A stretch of 61,583 bases of DNA, counting the filler, from Sphacelaria rigidula (lineage: Eukaryota), in assembly GCA_964200075.2 (NCBI GenBank). It is 8 parts of 8 records of this genome, joined end to end, with 100 filler letters (N's around TTAATTAATTAA, not from the genome) between each part and the next. Parts side by side here need not be neighbours in the genome. Positions count along the whole stretch, not along the records: positions 7,713 to 15,323 come from CAXNAA020014096.1; positions 15,424 to 23,033 come from CAXNAA020014097.1; positions 23,134 to 30,743 come from CAXNAA020014098.1; 5 more parts are not named here. One strand, written 5' to 3'. Below are positions 13,525 to 26,582 of the stretch, one piece after another; position 1 is the stretch's first letter, and the number at the start of each line of letters is the position of its first letter. The position numbers and the translations under genes were made by a program. The notes beneath the pieces are model-generated. The model searched no databases. It saw nothing but the letters and a program-made list of their open reading frames with translations, and was not told the origin of the DNA.

Positions 13525-14541
13525 ATTGTCTGGAGGCATGTATTATGGTCTGTTGGAAAGTTCGAAACTTGACAGCTGCAGGATATTTTTTACAGCCAGT
13601 ATAACAGTGCGTAGGTTGCAGTGTAGTGACGATGCTCTGGGGTACAGTAGTGTATGATATCATGGTGTGCCGACAGTATAGGAAGAGGTGTGACCGTTCC
13701 TGCTGTATCTTGAGACAGTTGAAATACGACGCTTTTCCACGGTTTTACAGGAACTTTGGATGTGTACATCTCCACCGCGGCTGCTTACTCGCAATTAAAA
13801 CTTTGCGCACGACTTCACTTCTACACAGGAAGCATGGGTGGGTGATCTGCCTTGACGATCACAGTGATTACTGACTTCTGGGAATTGCGTCGAAACGATC
13901 TTAACGCGGCTATCCCGCAGCCCGAACTTCGCACACCGTGAGCGAACGAATACTTCTACACGCTGGTGCAGTAGCTGTCGAGCCGTGTGCAGTTGGGCAC
14001 CTGTTACACTGACAAACGGAGCATAAGCATCCTCTGGAAAATGGCCATTTGTACATTTTATTTTGTGCTCGTATCGCTTGTAGAGATGCTCATGTTCAGC
14101 GACACTCGGCGTTTTCCTTCAACCCTTCGACCACCAGGATGAGCGATATGGGTATCACTTATTTGTCAAGTTCAAATAATGCTGATTCAACAAATAGCCT
14201 ACCCTACCTTGGTGGTCAAAGACTTATCAAGCACAGACCAAACGGCCCAGACTACATTTGTTAGAAAGCTTAAGTTGGTCAACCATATTTGCGGATACGT
14301 TGAATTATATAGCGTATACATCATTCTAGATAAAACTTTACATGGCCAGGTTGGACGAGGGGCCCCATATCGGGAAGTCCATGCACCACCCCCTTCGTCT
14401 CACAAACCTCATTCTGGGGTTGGAGGAGGAGGAGGAGGAGGGGGGGGGGGGGGGGGGGGGAACTCTTTTGTGGATTCCTTAATTTTTTGGACATTTGCCC
14501 CCCCCTCCCTTTGAGGAGGGGGGAGGGGGGGNNNNNNNNNN

Positions 14542-14612
14542 GGGAGCGTACTCATTTGTTGATTGCCTTAGTCGTTTGACCATTGACCACGCATGCCTTT
14601 CGAGACGGAGCA
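14542..14612 (-). repeat. Isolated LINE 3' tail copy
   Basis: GGGAGCGTACTCATTTGTTGATTGCCTTAGTCGTTTGACCATTGACCACGCATGCCTTTCGAGACGGAGC is the reverse complement of the same tail. Confidence 0.8.
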
Positions 14613-15599
14613 AGGGGGGCGGGGGTACCAGATTTCGTGGGAGGGGTACCCCCTGATCGCTGGATGATAGCGATAGTAGTTGCTGTACTGCACTGCACGT
14701 GTTTGCCGGTGACGTCGGCCTACGCTGGGTGTACGGAAACGGTAGGTGGTAGGGGTAAGTCAAAGCAAGTAGAGAAGAACATGCCCGCAGAAGCAGGGAG
14801 TGAAGATTAAAGCGCTTAGGGTACCAGCGCTGTAAATGTGCCGCAGATTCCAGAAGTCTTGCAAAAGGTGAACGTGAAGTGGGCGCGCACGCCGCGCTTT
14901 CCAACCTCTCCCTCTCTTGCGACGCAGTGCAGTATAAATTGCGATATGTAGATATATGAACACGGATGTCCGCCCAAACGCGGGTAAAGTACGTGATTAT
15001 CTGCAACTCACACATTGTGCACGTCTATAATATCAGAACATTCTCGTGTCGGCAGTCAACTTACTGCATGTCCATTTCAGTCATTCAGTAGCAGTACAGA
15101 ACTGTTCGTCGAACACCGCCCTTCTTAGCAAGGCGGCGGTATCACTGCGACAGTGTCAGGTCGGTAACAACCGGTCTTGCAAAAGCCAGCGGCACTTAAT
15201 ATTCATTATCCAGTGATCGCCGCGACTCAAAGGTTATTCTCCAGCCGAAAAAATCGCTCCCCAATCGCCACAAGAACAACAGACACACCAAAACTCCTCG
15301 GTTTTGGGCTCCTCACGTTGAGGNNNNNNNNNNNNNNNNNNNNNNNNNNNNNNNNNNNNNNNNNNNNTTAATTAATTAANNNNNNNNNNNNNNNNNNNNN
15401 NNNNNNNNNNNNNNNNNNNNNNNCCTCCGGGTTCTCATCCTCAATCAAAAGCACCATCCTCAACATAGATGATAGGCTGTTTAGATTTGATACCACACTC
15501 AATTTCCATCGCGCGTTCATTACTACTACTCACGTGATGATGGTCGTACTTGCTGATGATGTCGAAGAATGGTCGCAACAACATTTCTTTCCATTTTTC

Positions 15600-15925
15600 T
15601 CCGTCATAATCTCAACCTTTCACCTTCCTCGGGTCAAATCCGTAGTCTCAAGAGATCAACCCATCTTTACTCCAGTGCGATACATGATACCCGACACTTT
15701 GGTGTCACGGATTGGATGATGACCAGCACTCCCGCCTGATGGTGTCAACTTCCATCAATTATTCATCGCTACTCACGTCCTCGCGCATTTAAAACCAGAC
15801 ACCCCTCGTTGGACGAAAACGCATGATAATATCATATTGTACACACGGTAGCATTTTATCTGCTGGGGATCGAACCTCGCACTCCGCCATGACCGCTTTC
15901 AAGATTAACTAGTGAGCTAGACCTA
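15600..15925 (-). mobile_element. Probable tRNA-derived SINE (family 2); a second partial copy lies at about 53735-53873
   Basis: Minus-strand head TAGCTCACTAG (A-box-like)...GGTTCGATCCC (B box) at about 15862-15920. Body blocks TTCCTCGGG, GATCAACCCATCT, CGGATTGG and CAGCACTCCCGC are shared with 53760-53866. Confidence 0.6.
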
Positions 15926-17510
15926 CCTCCGGACGGACCTCGACGGCTTCTGCATGCGTCGGATTGGTTGTTCGTGGCGTCGTATGCCCTCTTCATACAC
16001 CAGAGATGCTGGTTCAGTTCACAAACACCAACTTATGTATGAGCCTGATGTGTGCATGATTTTTATTTTTTAAAGTACGTCATATTAATAGTAAACAGAT
16101 ATAATACGCTGTGTCATATACAATACTATACTTGTGCATGCAAGAACTACTGTATATACATCCGAGTCATACTCCACCGTTACAACAAACCTACCCAACG
16201 ACAGAAAAGAAAATGTCAGGGCGCCGACCCCGTAGTAACGCAGACACAAGTGTAACACAAATACAAAGGTTCATCACACTGGTGACTTCACTTCAGAGAA
16301 GAAGAAAGCAAACGCGTCATCATGTTCTCTTCATCTGACCCCGACCGCCTAATCGCCGTTGTTGTTGCCCGTGCAAACAGTTGTCTATTGGTACGACCAC
16401 ACCCATAACGACTTGTATGATACCCCCCCCCCAAAAAAAAGCACAGCGAAAATCTGTTCCGAAATGTTCCAAAGGTGACTGGGGTAGGTACTGTTGTAAT
16501 TGCACTGTAGGGTATACCCCGGGTTTTCAAGGTGGTACCTGCTGAAGTACCGAATACCCGTGATGAGCACCTAAGAGCTGCGACTGGTCAAAAACTGCTA
16601 TGTTAACAGGATTCCAAATCACCTGTAACACTGAGTCATTTTCCGTATACCCTACTCGACTCCAAGCACCTTCTGTACCCTTGAAGCGATCGGCATAGCC
16701 CATATAGCCGCAAAAACTGCGATGACCACCAGGAATGAACAACACGTACACACACGAATGTGCACATGCTTCGTTCCGCTCCGCAAACATAAATAATTGT
16801 CCACCTCTCCCACACTCTAGGAAATGGCGGGGTAGACACGAGAGTATCTGTATAGTGACACCAACCAGGGTTCACCCCATGTCACTTTCACCATTTTTTC
16901 GGGAGGTACATCGTAGCAATACCCTGCAACGTACATGATATACACTCTCTTTTCTCCTCTGCTGCGCTGCTGTGCTGTGTTCCTCGCATCGACAAAAAAA
17001 AAAAAAACTCATGCCGCCGCAATCAGTAGTCGCTATATTGACATGTGTAACTTACAACGTGAAATTGCTCCCCTCCTGTCGACCCGCAGGTCAGGTTGGG
17101 GTAGATGTGTGTGTGTGTGTGTATGTGTGTTCGGAGGGGGGGGGGGGCGTACTGACCACCAACATGAACGGGATCTGCTTGTGACGGGGGGCGTACTCAA
17201 GCGCTCTCATGCTTTGCATGCCTCAGGTGTAAATCGTCGACCACGTATTCTCCGGATAAAACAGTTTTTCATGACGTGCTGTTCCGGGGAACAGAGTACG
17301 TTGTTTTCACTGGAGCAATCGGCGATGTCCACTCGCTTCTTTCTGTTCGCAAACGTGCCTCGAAAATATTAATATTCGTCACACTCCAGCCCTGCAGTGC
17401 CAAGGGTATCTTACAATAGCACGAAAGCCCTCAGTACTGATATTGTCAAACACGTCTCAAATGATAATAGCCCTGTCTGATCTCCGGCAGCCCTCTCCCC
17501 TCCCACCGAA

Positions 17511-17592
17511 TAGCTCCGTTTCGAAAGGGATGCGTGGTCAGTGGTCAAACGACCAAGGCAAGCAACAAATGAGTACGCTCCCCCCCCCTCCC
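17511..17592 (+). repeat. Isolated LINE 3' tail copy
   Basis: GCTCCGTTTCGAAAGGGATGCGTGGTCAGTGGTCAAACGACCAAGGCAAGCAACAAATGAGTACGCTCCCCCCCC matches 46633-46711. Confidence 0.8.
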
Positions 17593-19177
17593 GAATATTA
17601 TATGCCCCCTGCATTACTCAAGTCGTCTTGCACATCATGTCTCGTTTGGCGGGGTGTACTCATGATCTTGCATGCCATAGTCATAAGACCATTGAAACAA
17701 AGGAAGGCGATGTAGCGAGGAAAATTAAGAACTGCCCCAGCGCATAGTACAGTGACGCCGCCCCCGGTGACTAATCTTTTTCTCGTTATCCTAAACCCCA
17801 CAGAACGCAAGACCATGCACGCATCTCTCAAATAAGAAACATACGTGCACACAACAAGCTTGATAGCTCTGATTGATTTGTCGCACGTCAACATCAACTA
17901 ATCCGATAACAACTCAATCGGGGTCACAAGAGAGGCGCGCAAATTGCCCAAGGTCAGTGAACATGAACACTCCCTACAATGAACTCGACAAGAGGGGGCA
18001 AAAAATGAAAAAAAAAAATGTCCGAGCTCAACAACAATAAAAAACGCAGGCGTAGGGAGTGAAACACGGTTCACCATATTTCCAATTTCCCGTGAGGATT
18101 GGAGGCGTAACTCTTCTTGTGTCGTTCGTACAGAGCGATCAGCTCCTGACCAAGTGCAAAATAAAAGAAAAAAAAGAAGAGAAGAAACAGGGCATGACAT
18201 GTGCCACGGGCGCACAACGGACAGCGGAGACACATGGGAAGGTAGCAACAAGTAGTGTGAACTGCAGGACAGTGTGCAGTGTCTTGGGTGGTTTGAAGGA
18301 AGGTCATACCGAAGACAATATAGGCCATAGAGTATACATGAATTGGTCGTCAAAACTCCATAGTTTGGTTTAAAAAATTCTTGGCTTCAGTGTCATTTGT
18401 GGACGATCATCCTCGGATCTTTAGCGGAGCTGACAGTCCCAGGTGATTGGCAGCGCGCGCAGGACGCGTTTGTGTCCAAATCGGCGCCGATTGGATCTGA
18501 GCTCCACCAACACATACTTCGCCCTGGGTCATCCACTCGTGTAGCCCCATATTTTCCGACGTTAGTCGGTATGTCTAGGGTTGGGGTTGGAGCTAGGGTT
18601 AGGGGTCAAAATAACACAAGCAACCATGGGTTTTGACGAACAACTTGCGTAAACGTACCTCACCGTAGGTGTTACAATAACGGGATATAACACCCTCCAA
18701 GGATTTGTCACGGAAAAGCAGGGGAGAGCGAGACGTAAGGGCGTAGTCACAAGATTAACGTGAACCGGAGGGCTGTCTACACTTTGTACGTGATTTGAAA
18801 GAAACAGGATACCGTGGGTGATGTTCGGAGAATAACACCTGCGGTGATGAGTTTTGAGCGGCCAGACTGCCGTCGTTTGAGAAGCAAACACAATTTTTCG
18901 CCTCCCGAAATATCTCTTTTACTCACAGAAAGAAAACCTTCACGAAAATTATATTCCAACGACACACAAACATCGAAAAGCGGAAGTTTCGAAACAGCAA
19001 AGGAATCGCATCTTCTTTTTGAATAGAATCCCCCGCTAGTCTTCATGTAGGCGTTCCCATGTGTCGAAGAACGGAATCTCGAACAACATGCAGTTAATAC
19101 TCGCGGTGCAGCAATCGACCGTATAAGCTATTCACACTGGGTAAACATGAACGACATGAACACATCACCTATTTTAT

Positions 19178-20339
19178 GGGCAATGGCGCAGAAAAGGTAT
19201 ACCTTGTCGTATTGTGCTCAAGAAAGGTACAAGAAATGACCAGAAACGCAAAAACAGCAAAACACACTATATACACCGATTTCGCTCCTACTTTTTCACG
19301 CACAGCAATCCGGGAGGCTCCTCGGCACCCGGGCCTCGAAAAAAAACATGAAACAAGCATGTTACTCGCGAGATATGGCCATGCGCAGAAGGATGCCTCG
19401 CCTCCAGAAACCACTTCCCCCTTTTTGGGCCACATTTCGGCCAGGTATACCTGATCTAGGAATTAATTTTTCGAACGTACGTAATCTGGGCCAACAGTCG
19501 GCCCAGAAAGTGCCTATCCTGGGCCATCGCTTCCCACACTGTATCTGATGCAGCACACTACGCGCAAGGAAATCCACGGGCTAACTCCGACCATGACGCC
19601 CACACATTCATTTTTTTTCCCGTCCATTCGCGCCGTTTACGAACACCACAACGACTACGCCCTCTTCTCCCCGGAAATGGTTCCCGAGTCTCTTCACATC
19701 GACACAAGAACTAAACTCACAGCTTACAACGCGTTGGTGCATTGCGCTTGCGGAGTGTTATGTAATATCGTGCCGTTGCGACCTGCGGCTAGTGTCATGT
19801 TCCTTAATGGTTGTGGCGTTAGGGCTAGTAAGATGTGGTCGTTGTGGGGTTCGTGGACGTCAAATGGGCGGGAAAAGAGCCGAATGTGTGGTCGCCATGG
19901 TTGGAGTTGGCGCGTGGATTTCCTTGCGCGTAGTGTGCCGCATCAGATACAGTGTGGGAAGCGATGGCCCAGGATAGGTACTTTCTGGGCCGGCTGGTGA
20001 CCCAGATAACGTACGATAGAAAAATAATTCCTAGATCAGGTATACCTGGCCGAAATGTGGCCTAGGAAGGGGAAGCGGTTTCTGGAGGCGAGACGGCCTT
20101 CTGCGCATGGCCATATCTCGCGAGTAACATGCTTGTTTCAAGTTTTTTTTCGAGGCCCGGGTGCCGAGGAGCCTCCCGGATTGCTGTGCGTGAAAAAGTG
20201 GGAGCAAAATCGGTGTATATAGTGTGTTTTGCTGTTTTTGCGTTTGTGATCATTTTTCGTACCTTTCGTAGGCAAAATACAATATTGATTGATTGGTTGA
20301 TTGAATACGAGAAGGTGTACCTTTTCTAGACCATTGCCC
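19178..20339. mobile_element. Long-TIR non-autonomous DNA transposon (arms about 19178-19657 and 19835-20339), GGG...CCC ends, 4-bp TSD TTAT (Sola-like; MULE is the alternative)
   Basis: Inverted arms of about 480 bp, highly similar (both translate to NAKTAKHTIYTDFAPTFSRTAIREAPRHPGLEKK). Termini are GGGCAATGG/CCATTGCCC, with TTAT at 19174-19177 and 20340-20343. A 9-bp TSD reading (CTATTTTAT/TTATTTCAT) matches 7/9. Confidence 0.85.
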
Positions 20340-21077
20340 TTATTTCATTCAACTTAACCATGAATCGTCATCAAACCCTGCTAAATGTTGATGTGAACCG
20401 GGACACGTTTAATCTAACTTGGGAGATCCATTCGACCACGAAAAAACGAACGATCGTAAATGTTCAAGTGTGGGTCTGGCTACACCATGAGCACTGCAGT
20501 ACCGCACGACAAATCATTTTTCAATACTTTGTACGTGTAGGGCAAGCTCTCAAGCGACTGCATTCTTGAACCGGACCGCTGGAATGAAAATCTTACATGA
20601 GCATCTCTGAACCGCTTTGGGAACATGGATTCGTGAACAAGACACGTAGCGCCGGTCACGTGGAAAGCCTCGTTTTTTTTCAATGTCTTATGCAGCCCCT
20701 GGGCCTGCCTGCCCACTTGATTACCAAAATTGTTTGTAGAAAATATCGCAATAAGCTTCCCTTCAGCGAAGGTGAAATGAGAGGCGCCGTAAATGATCCT
20801 ACGATAAGGAGATTCATGGATGCTTTATAAAAAACACTCGCCGCGCGCTCGTGTGGGGGGTAAACACGGTGGCAAGCTGTGTGATTGTTGTTAGCAAGAG
20901 TAGTGCAAAACAAGTGCCCGTCTCTAGCGACGCTGGAAAATGACGCTTTCGTTCAAGAATTGGCTCGCAATACCCCACCCCCTTCCTTTGGTGAGAGAAT
21001 TATGACTATGGCATGCAAGATCATGAGTACACACCCCCTCCCTATGGTGAGACACCCATGAGGTAGTGTGGGTTCCA

Positions 21078-21630
21078 TGATCTGGTCCGGCGAGAACCCG
21101 GCGTGCTCCGTCCCGGCTTCGTAGGGGCGGACCCCCGATGGGGTTGGCGTCGGCTGGCGATGACGCTGTAACACACGCCACTCACTGCGTGAGCTAGGCA
21201 ACCCGGTTACCGATTTTTTTTCGCGCGCTTGCGTAGTTTTCGCGGTAACCATAATGATAGTCGAGCTAGATCATGTTGTGCGGCGTGGGAGAACCTCGAC
21301 TCCGCACAAAGTGGACTATCGTGCTACGTAGTGTTAACGGTGAGACAGCCATGAGGCAGGGTATAAGCCTTCGCTGCCTCTGGAAGTGGCGATACCAGAA
21401 AATAAAGCAACTCATCGGAGGCTGCCATTCATATGCAAGATAACCAGTAGGCTTCGGCCCGAACAGCTCAGCAGGATACAGCTTGCGCTTCACGCGACTC
21501 GCCGAATATATCACGGCGCTTCGCGCTTGGTGATTGATTGCGCGCCTGGTGCGGCGGAAATCCGGCCTGCTCCGCCCCAGCTTTGTAGGGATGCGAGGTC
21601 AACGATCACATGACTACGGCAGGATCATCC
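21078..21630 (+). repeat. Interspersed repeat 'B', copy 2 (plus a separate tail fragment at about 21000-21040)
   Basis: Reverse complement of 2087-2656, with the direct repeat at about 21086-21128 and 21552-21590. Confidence 0.85.
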
Positions 21631-21959
21631 TGGATCGAAAAAAAAAGGTTTCAACAATGAACTCATCCGTTATCAGCTATGCACTTTTCGATCGCGGGTC
21701 TGAGTGCAGAATCTCATGTGACCATAAAATCTCATAAATATGATAGCATGAATAAAAAAACATATACCGCTAAACGTAGGCACCTGGATCGTGCAATATA
21801 TGATTATTGCAAGTCAAATTATGGTTCTGTACCTCGACGTACACAGCATGCCACTTGTCCACATCTTCTTTCGAGGGCTCCTCGACCTTGGGCAAGGCGA
21901 TCGGCGTGCCGAACACGGTCATCAAGCGACATCTCCGCGGCAGCAACGGACACCACCTA

Positions 21960-22025
21960 CAGCAGCAGCAGCAGCATCATCATCATCATTATCAACAACA
22001 ACAACAACAACAACAACAACATAAC
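21960..22025 (+). repeat. Compound (CAG)(CAT)(CAA)n microsatellite
   Basis: Direct reading of the sequence. Confidence 0.9.
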
Positions 22026-23133
22026 GACCGACCACAAAGGTATGAGGAACTAGCGACAGGAATGAGGAGACAACAGCACAGCTACAACATACTGCCGACG
22101 AAAGAACAAAGGATAGACGACGAGGCGACAAGTCTTGAAAGCATAGTCGTGATGTCGAATGTCTCGATCCGTGCGTCGTCCGTGGTACGCAGCTTTTCCA
22201 CGATGTCATTAATCGAATCGAAAGGGTATCGCGTATCGAGTGAATCAGCACTTGGTTTTTAATCTACTCATCCACTAAGAAGCCACAGTAAGCAACTGTG
22301 GTCACGTGAGATAGACATTAGACATACAGTACCCGCGGTGAGACAAACAACATGGAAACACTCTGACAAAAACTGACTGAGACAAAAAAAAAACGATATA
22401 TATGTACCTACTGAACGACGTGAAATAAACGAATAGGACTTGAGAAAAAAAAAAAGGGACCAAAACAGAATCTGATTTTTTTAAAAGACAAAAATATTTA
22501 TCGGAAGCAGACTGAGACGCCGGGGTGGGGCGGACTGCAGTACCACGACTGATATGAAAAATGTATTGTCCCCACGGAAGAACCCCTATTTTTGCGACGG
22601 TTTATTTCATCTCGTCACCTCGTAACCACAACTGCATCCGTACCGCATACCAGCGCGTGTGTGAAAATCGATCAACTGATCAAATAAGTGAAGTCATAAA
22701 TCAAATAGATCGGAACAAGATGAATCCGAGCAATCGCAAAAACAAAGAAATCTACTGCCAGCATTCATACCGCATATCAGTGCGCGTGCGACAAGCAATC
22801 AACTGATCGAATAGGTGAAGTCAAGGCACAAATCACATCGAATGGGTTGGAACAAAATGAATCTAATCAACAACACAAACGGACGAACCAAGTCGAATAA
22901 AATCTTCTGTGCCAGTGGCCAGAGGCTAGCTCACCAAACACCCCAAGGTAGCACGCCAGGAAGATCCTTGGAGGTGAGCCACAGTCGAAACGGCCAACAC
23001 CCCTGTCCATGTACACCAACACAAGTCGGGGGGNNNNNNNNNNNNNNNNNNNNNNNNNNNNNNNNNNNNNNNNNNNNTTAATTAATTAANNNNNNNNNNN
23101 NNNNNNNNNNNNNNNNNNNNNNNNNNNNNNNNN

Positions 23134-23615
23134 GTGAAGTTGGTCGAGAAGTTGGAAACAGTACAGATGGCAGCAGCTGAGAAAATACTTGGATGCTCGA
23201 AAACGACGAGTAATACAGCTTTGAGAGCAGAGTTGGGAATGTACTCCCTTAAAACAGAGACGAGGAAATTGCGATGGCAGTATAGCGTAAAGAACATGCA
23301 AATAAAGAGATTACCAGCTATAGTTGATAGGGCTGTATGGAAAAAGAGTACGAAAGGGCGTGCTATAAGGTGGGATGGAGAAGTCGAGCAAGTATGGAAG
23401 GAGATGGGCGAAAACCAAGACGAAATACTGTCCATAGATGAAGGTGCGGGGTACAAGACAAAAGAGACATGATCAAAATAAGGGGGAAAAGAGTGCTGAG
23501 ACGCAAAGTAGACGAAGAACAACCGGAGATATACGGGTGGTTGAGAGAGGGGATAAGGATGAAAGTATATTTGATGGCTGCATGGCCCCGTGGACGCAGC
23601 GAACAATGTGGAATA
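23134..23615 (+). pseudogene. Non-LTR retrotransposon (LINE) ORF2 fragment, region C-terminal to RT
   Basis: KLETVQMAAAEKILGCSKTTSNTALRAELGMYSLKTETRKLRWQ...RLPAIV matches the post-RT thumb pattern (LE.VQ..A...ILG....TSN.ALRAELG). Frameshifted downstream. Confidence 0.75.
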
Positions 23616-24535
23616 AAAAGGAGGGTTAGCTTCTCTATTCCATGTCGGTGTCCGGGCTGTGTTCTAGTGGGTTGAATAAAAAGGAGGGTTAGCTTCGGCG
23701 TCCAACTCCTAATATCGCGCCGTGCGTCGCGTGAGCGAAGTTCACGCCTACTCTTGGCTGGCCCCGTATGCCGATTTTTTCAATCCCAGGTGTTTTCGGG
23801 GGGGAGGGGGGTGTTACTAAATCCCATACACGAATTAAAAATAAATAAATGTAGAAGACAAAAATTCGTGTCAATAAAGCTTTAATTTTTCGCATACCTT
23901 CGGAGTCAAGGCCAAGCTATATTCATGAGTTTCGGCACTACATTTGAAATCACACTTCCACAAGAACAAGACCAGACAATTACCACAATGATGTGCAATG
24001 CTAGCTCAATCGAGATTATAACGCGCATCTCTGTGCCGCCAATTTGGTCCAATGTTGTGGTGGCAGGTAAGGCCAGCAGTCATGGGCGCTACCTCATCCA
24101 ACTCGCCCTTGAACATGGCTATTTATTCGGTCTTACTGTGAAAAAAATCGAACGACCGCCGAGGGGGAAGGGGGGGGGGGACATGGGGGTCTAGGAGGGT
24201 TTTTGGGGCACTCTTGACTAGACCCAGATCAAAACTCACAAAACGCGATGCAAGCAACACGTATAATGAAGCCCTCGCAACGCTTCGATTCTTCGTAAAA
24301 AACTCGAGTGATTTCTGCTTCTCAATCACGTCCTCACGCTGTCATCGCAACGAAGCTCCACACCTCCGAGGAGTTGCATCGTGCATCCAGAATGAATCCG
24401 TCGGCGCTTAAAGGTTTGCGTAACTCCTTGACCGGAGTGTAACCCGGACGACTTGCACTGCACAGGCTGGCAAGTCTGGCTACGGCATTTTGGAAGTTAT
24501 GAAGGTCGCCAGAGGCTCGCTTCCTTTGGGAAAGA

Positions 24536-24556
24536 GGGTGGTGTTGAGTAAACACC
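24536..24556 (-). terminator. Histone 3' stem-loop of H3 (GGTGTT-TACTC-AACACC followed by ACCC)
   Basis: The reverse complement of 24536-24560 reads CCCTGGTGTTTACTCAACACCACCC, identical to H1 26558-26582. It lies 80 nt after the stop codon. Confidence 0.85.
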
Positions 24557-24636
24557 AGGGTTTGTTTGGGTCGTACCACCCGCGACGGGTGCCTAGATCC
24601 TACAGATTGATCGCGAGCAGTGTTGCCACGCTCGGT

Positions 24637-25376
<740 letters not shown>

Positions 25377-26502
25377 ATGCCGACCTACAACGAGGTGAGC
25401 GTCGATTGGATTGTAGGTGCGTGATTTGAATGAAATGTAGTGCCGAAACTTTTCAATGTTGAAGGTTAGATTCGGTAACACCGATCATGGACTAGAGCGA
25501 GATGATACAGACTCTGCAGGAGTTGAGGAGCAGTTGCGCACAACAGCGCAGACTGTATACGGAACCGATAGTGTAACACACGACATCGCGATCACGGATG
25601 CGGGCCAGTAGACAGGATTTGATCCAGTCGGGGGAGTTCTATTTTCGAATGATGGCTGCTACTGTACCGACTGTTGCGCTTAACCTCCACCTTGCAACTC
25701 GTGCGATGCGACATATCGGCAACTTCGGCAGATGGTCTTTGAGGCCATCAAGGCCCTGAAGGAGCGCAACGGCTCTAGTCTTGCAGCCATCAAGAAGTAT
25801 ATGGTCACGACTCACCCTGATCTGGCCACGAAGTTCGCGCCGCATCAGCTTCGTGCCACACTCAAGAAGGGAACCGAATCCGGGAAGTTCATCAAGGTAT
25901 GCCTGCAGTACACGCGAGAAGAGTTCCATATATGAGGGATGGGTGCTTTTTTGTGAGGGCGCATGCAGTAGTAGGAGAGAACAATATCGCTGTAGCCCCC
26001 CCCAAAACGGGGTCTACATTCGAATGAGAATAATGAGAGCCGAGTAAATCCCACGCTCGGGATCGTAGAAGATGTGTTGACTAGTAGCGCGAGGGGAGCC
26101 AGGCGCTTGGAGTCCTAGTCAGACCCTTCTTGTTCTTCATGCTTGCCCCATGTTGCTGTAACTTGTCTTCAGGTGAAGAGCTCGTACAAGCTGTCGGCCG
26201 AGGCAAAGAAGCCGGCGCCGAAGCCGAAGAAAAAAGTCGTGAAAAAGGTGGTGAAAAAGCCCACCAAGAAGAAGGTGATCAAGAAGACCCCGAAGAAGGT
26301 CGTCAAGAAAACCGTCACCAAGAAGGCGGCTGCCACCCCCAAGAAAGTTGTCAAGAAAAAAGCCGTTTCCAAGAAGGCGGATGGCACTCCCAAGAAGGTC
26401 GTCAAGAAGAAGACTGCCACCAAGAAGACTGTCACCCCCAAGAAAAAAGCCGTCAAAAAGAAGCCCGTCAAGAAGGCGGCCCCCGTGAAGCCAGCAGCCT
26501 AG
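25377..26502 (+). CDS. H1: Linker histone H1, 3 exons (25377-25394, 25732-25896, 26173-26502), about 170 aa
   Basis: Exon 1 MPTYNE|gtgagc. Exon 2 cag|MVFEAIKALKERNGSSLAAIKKY...QLRATLKKGTESGKFIK|gtatgc, the winged-helix globular domain. Exon 3 cag|VKSSYKLSAEAKKPAPKPKKK..., a Lys/Ala/Pro/Val-rich tail with TPKK motifs. Both introns are GT-AG and phase 0. Confidence 0.95.
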
Positions 26503-26561
26503 AGGTTCCACTGAAAGTATTTGTTCGCCTGTCAGTCTAAAACCGGCAACCAACAACCCCT

Positions 26562-26582
26562 GGTGTTTACTCAACACCACCC
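26562..26582 (+). terminator. Histone 3' stem-loop of H1 (GGTGTT-TACTC-AACACC followed by ACCC)
   Basis: Perfect 6-bp stem with a 5-nt loop, 59 nt after the stop codon. It has an A/C-rich 5' flank and an ACCC 3' flank, and is identical to the H3 element. Confidence 0.85.
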
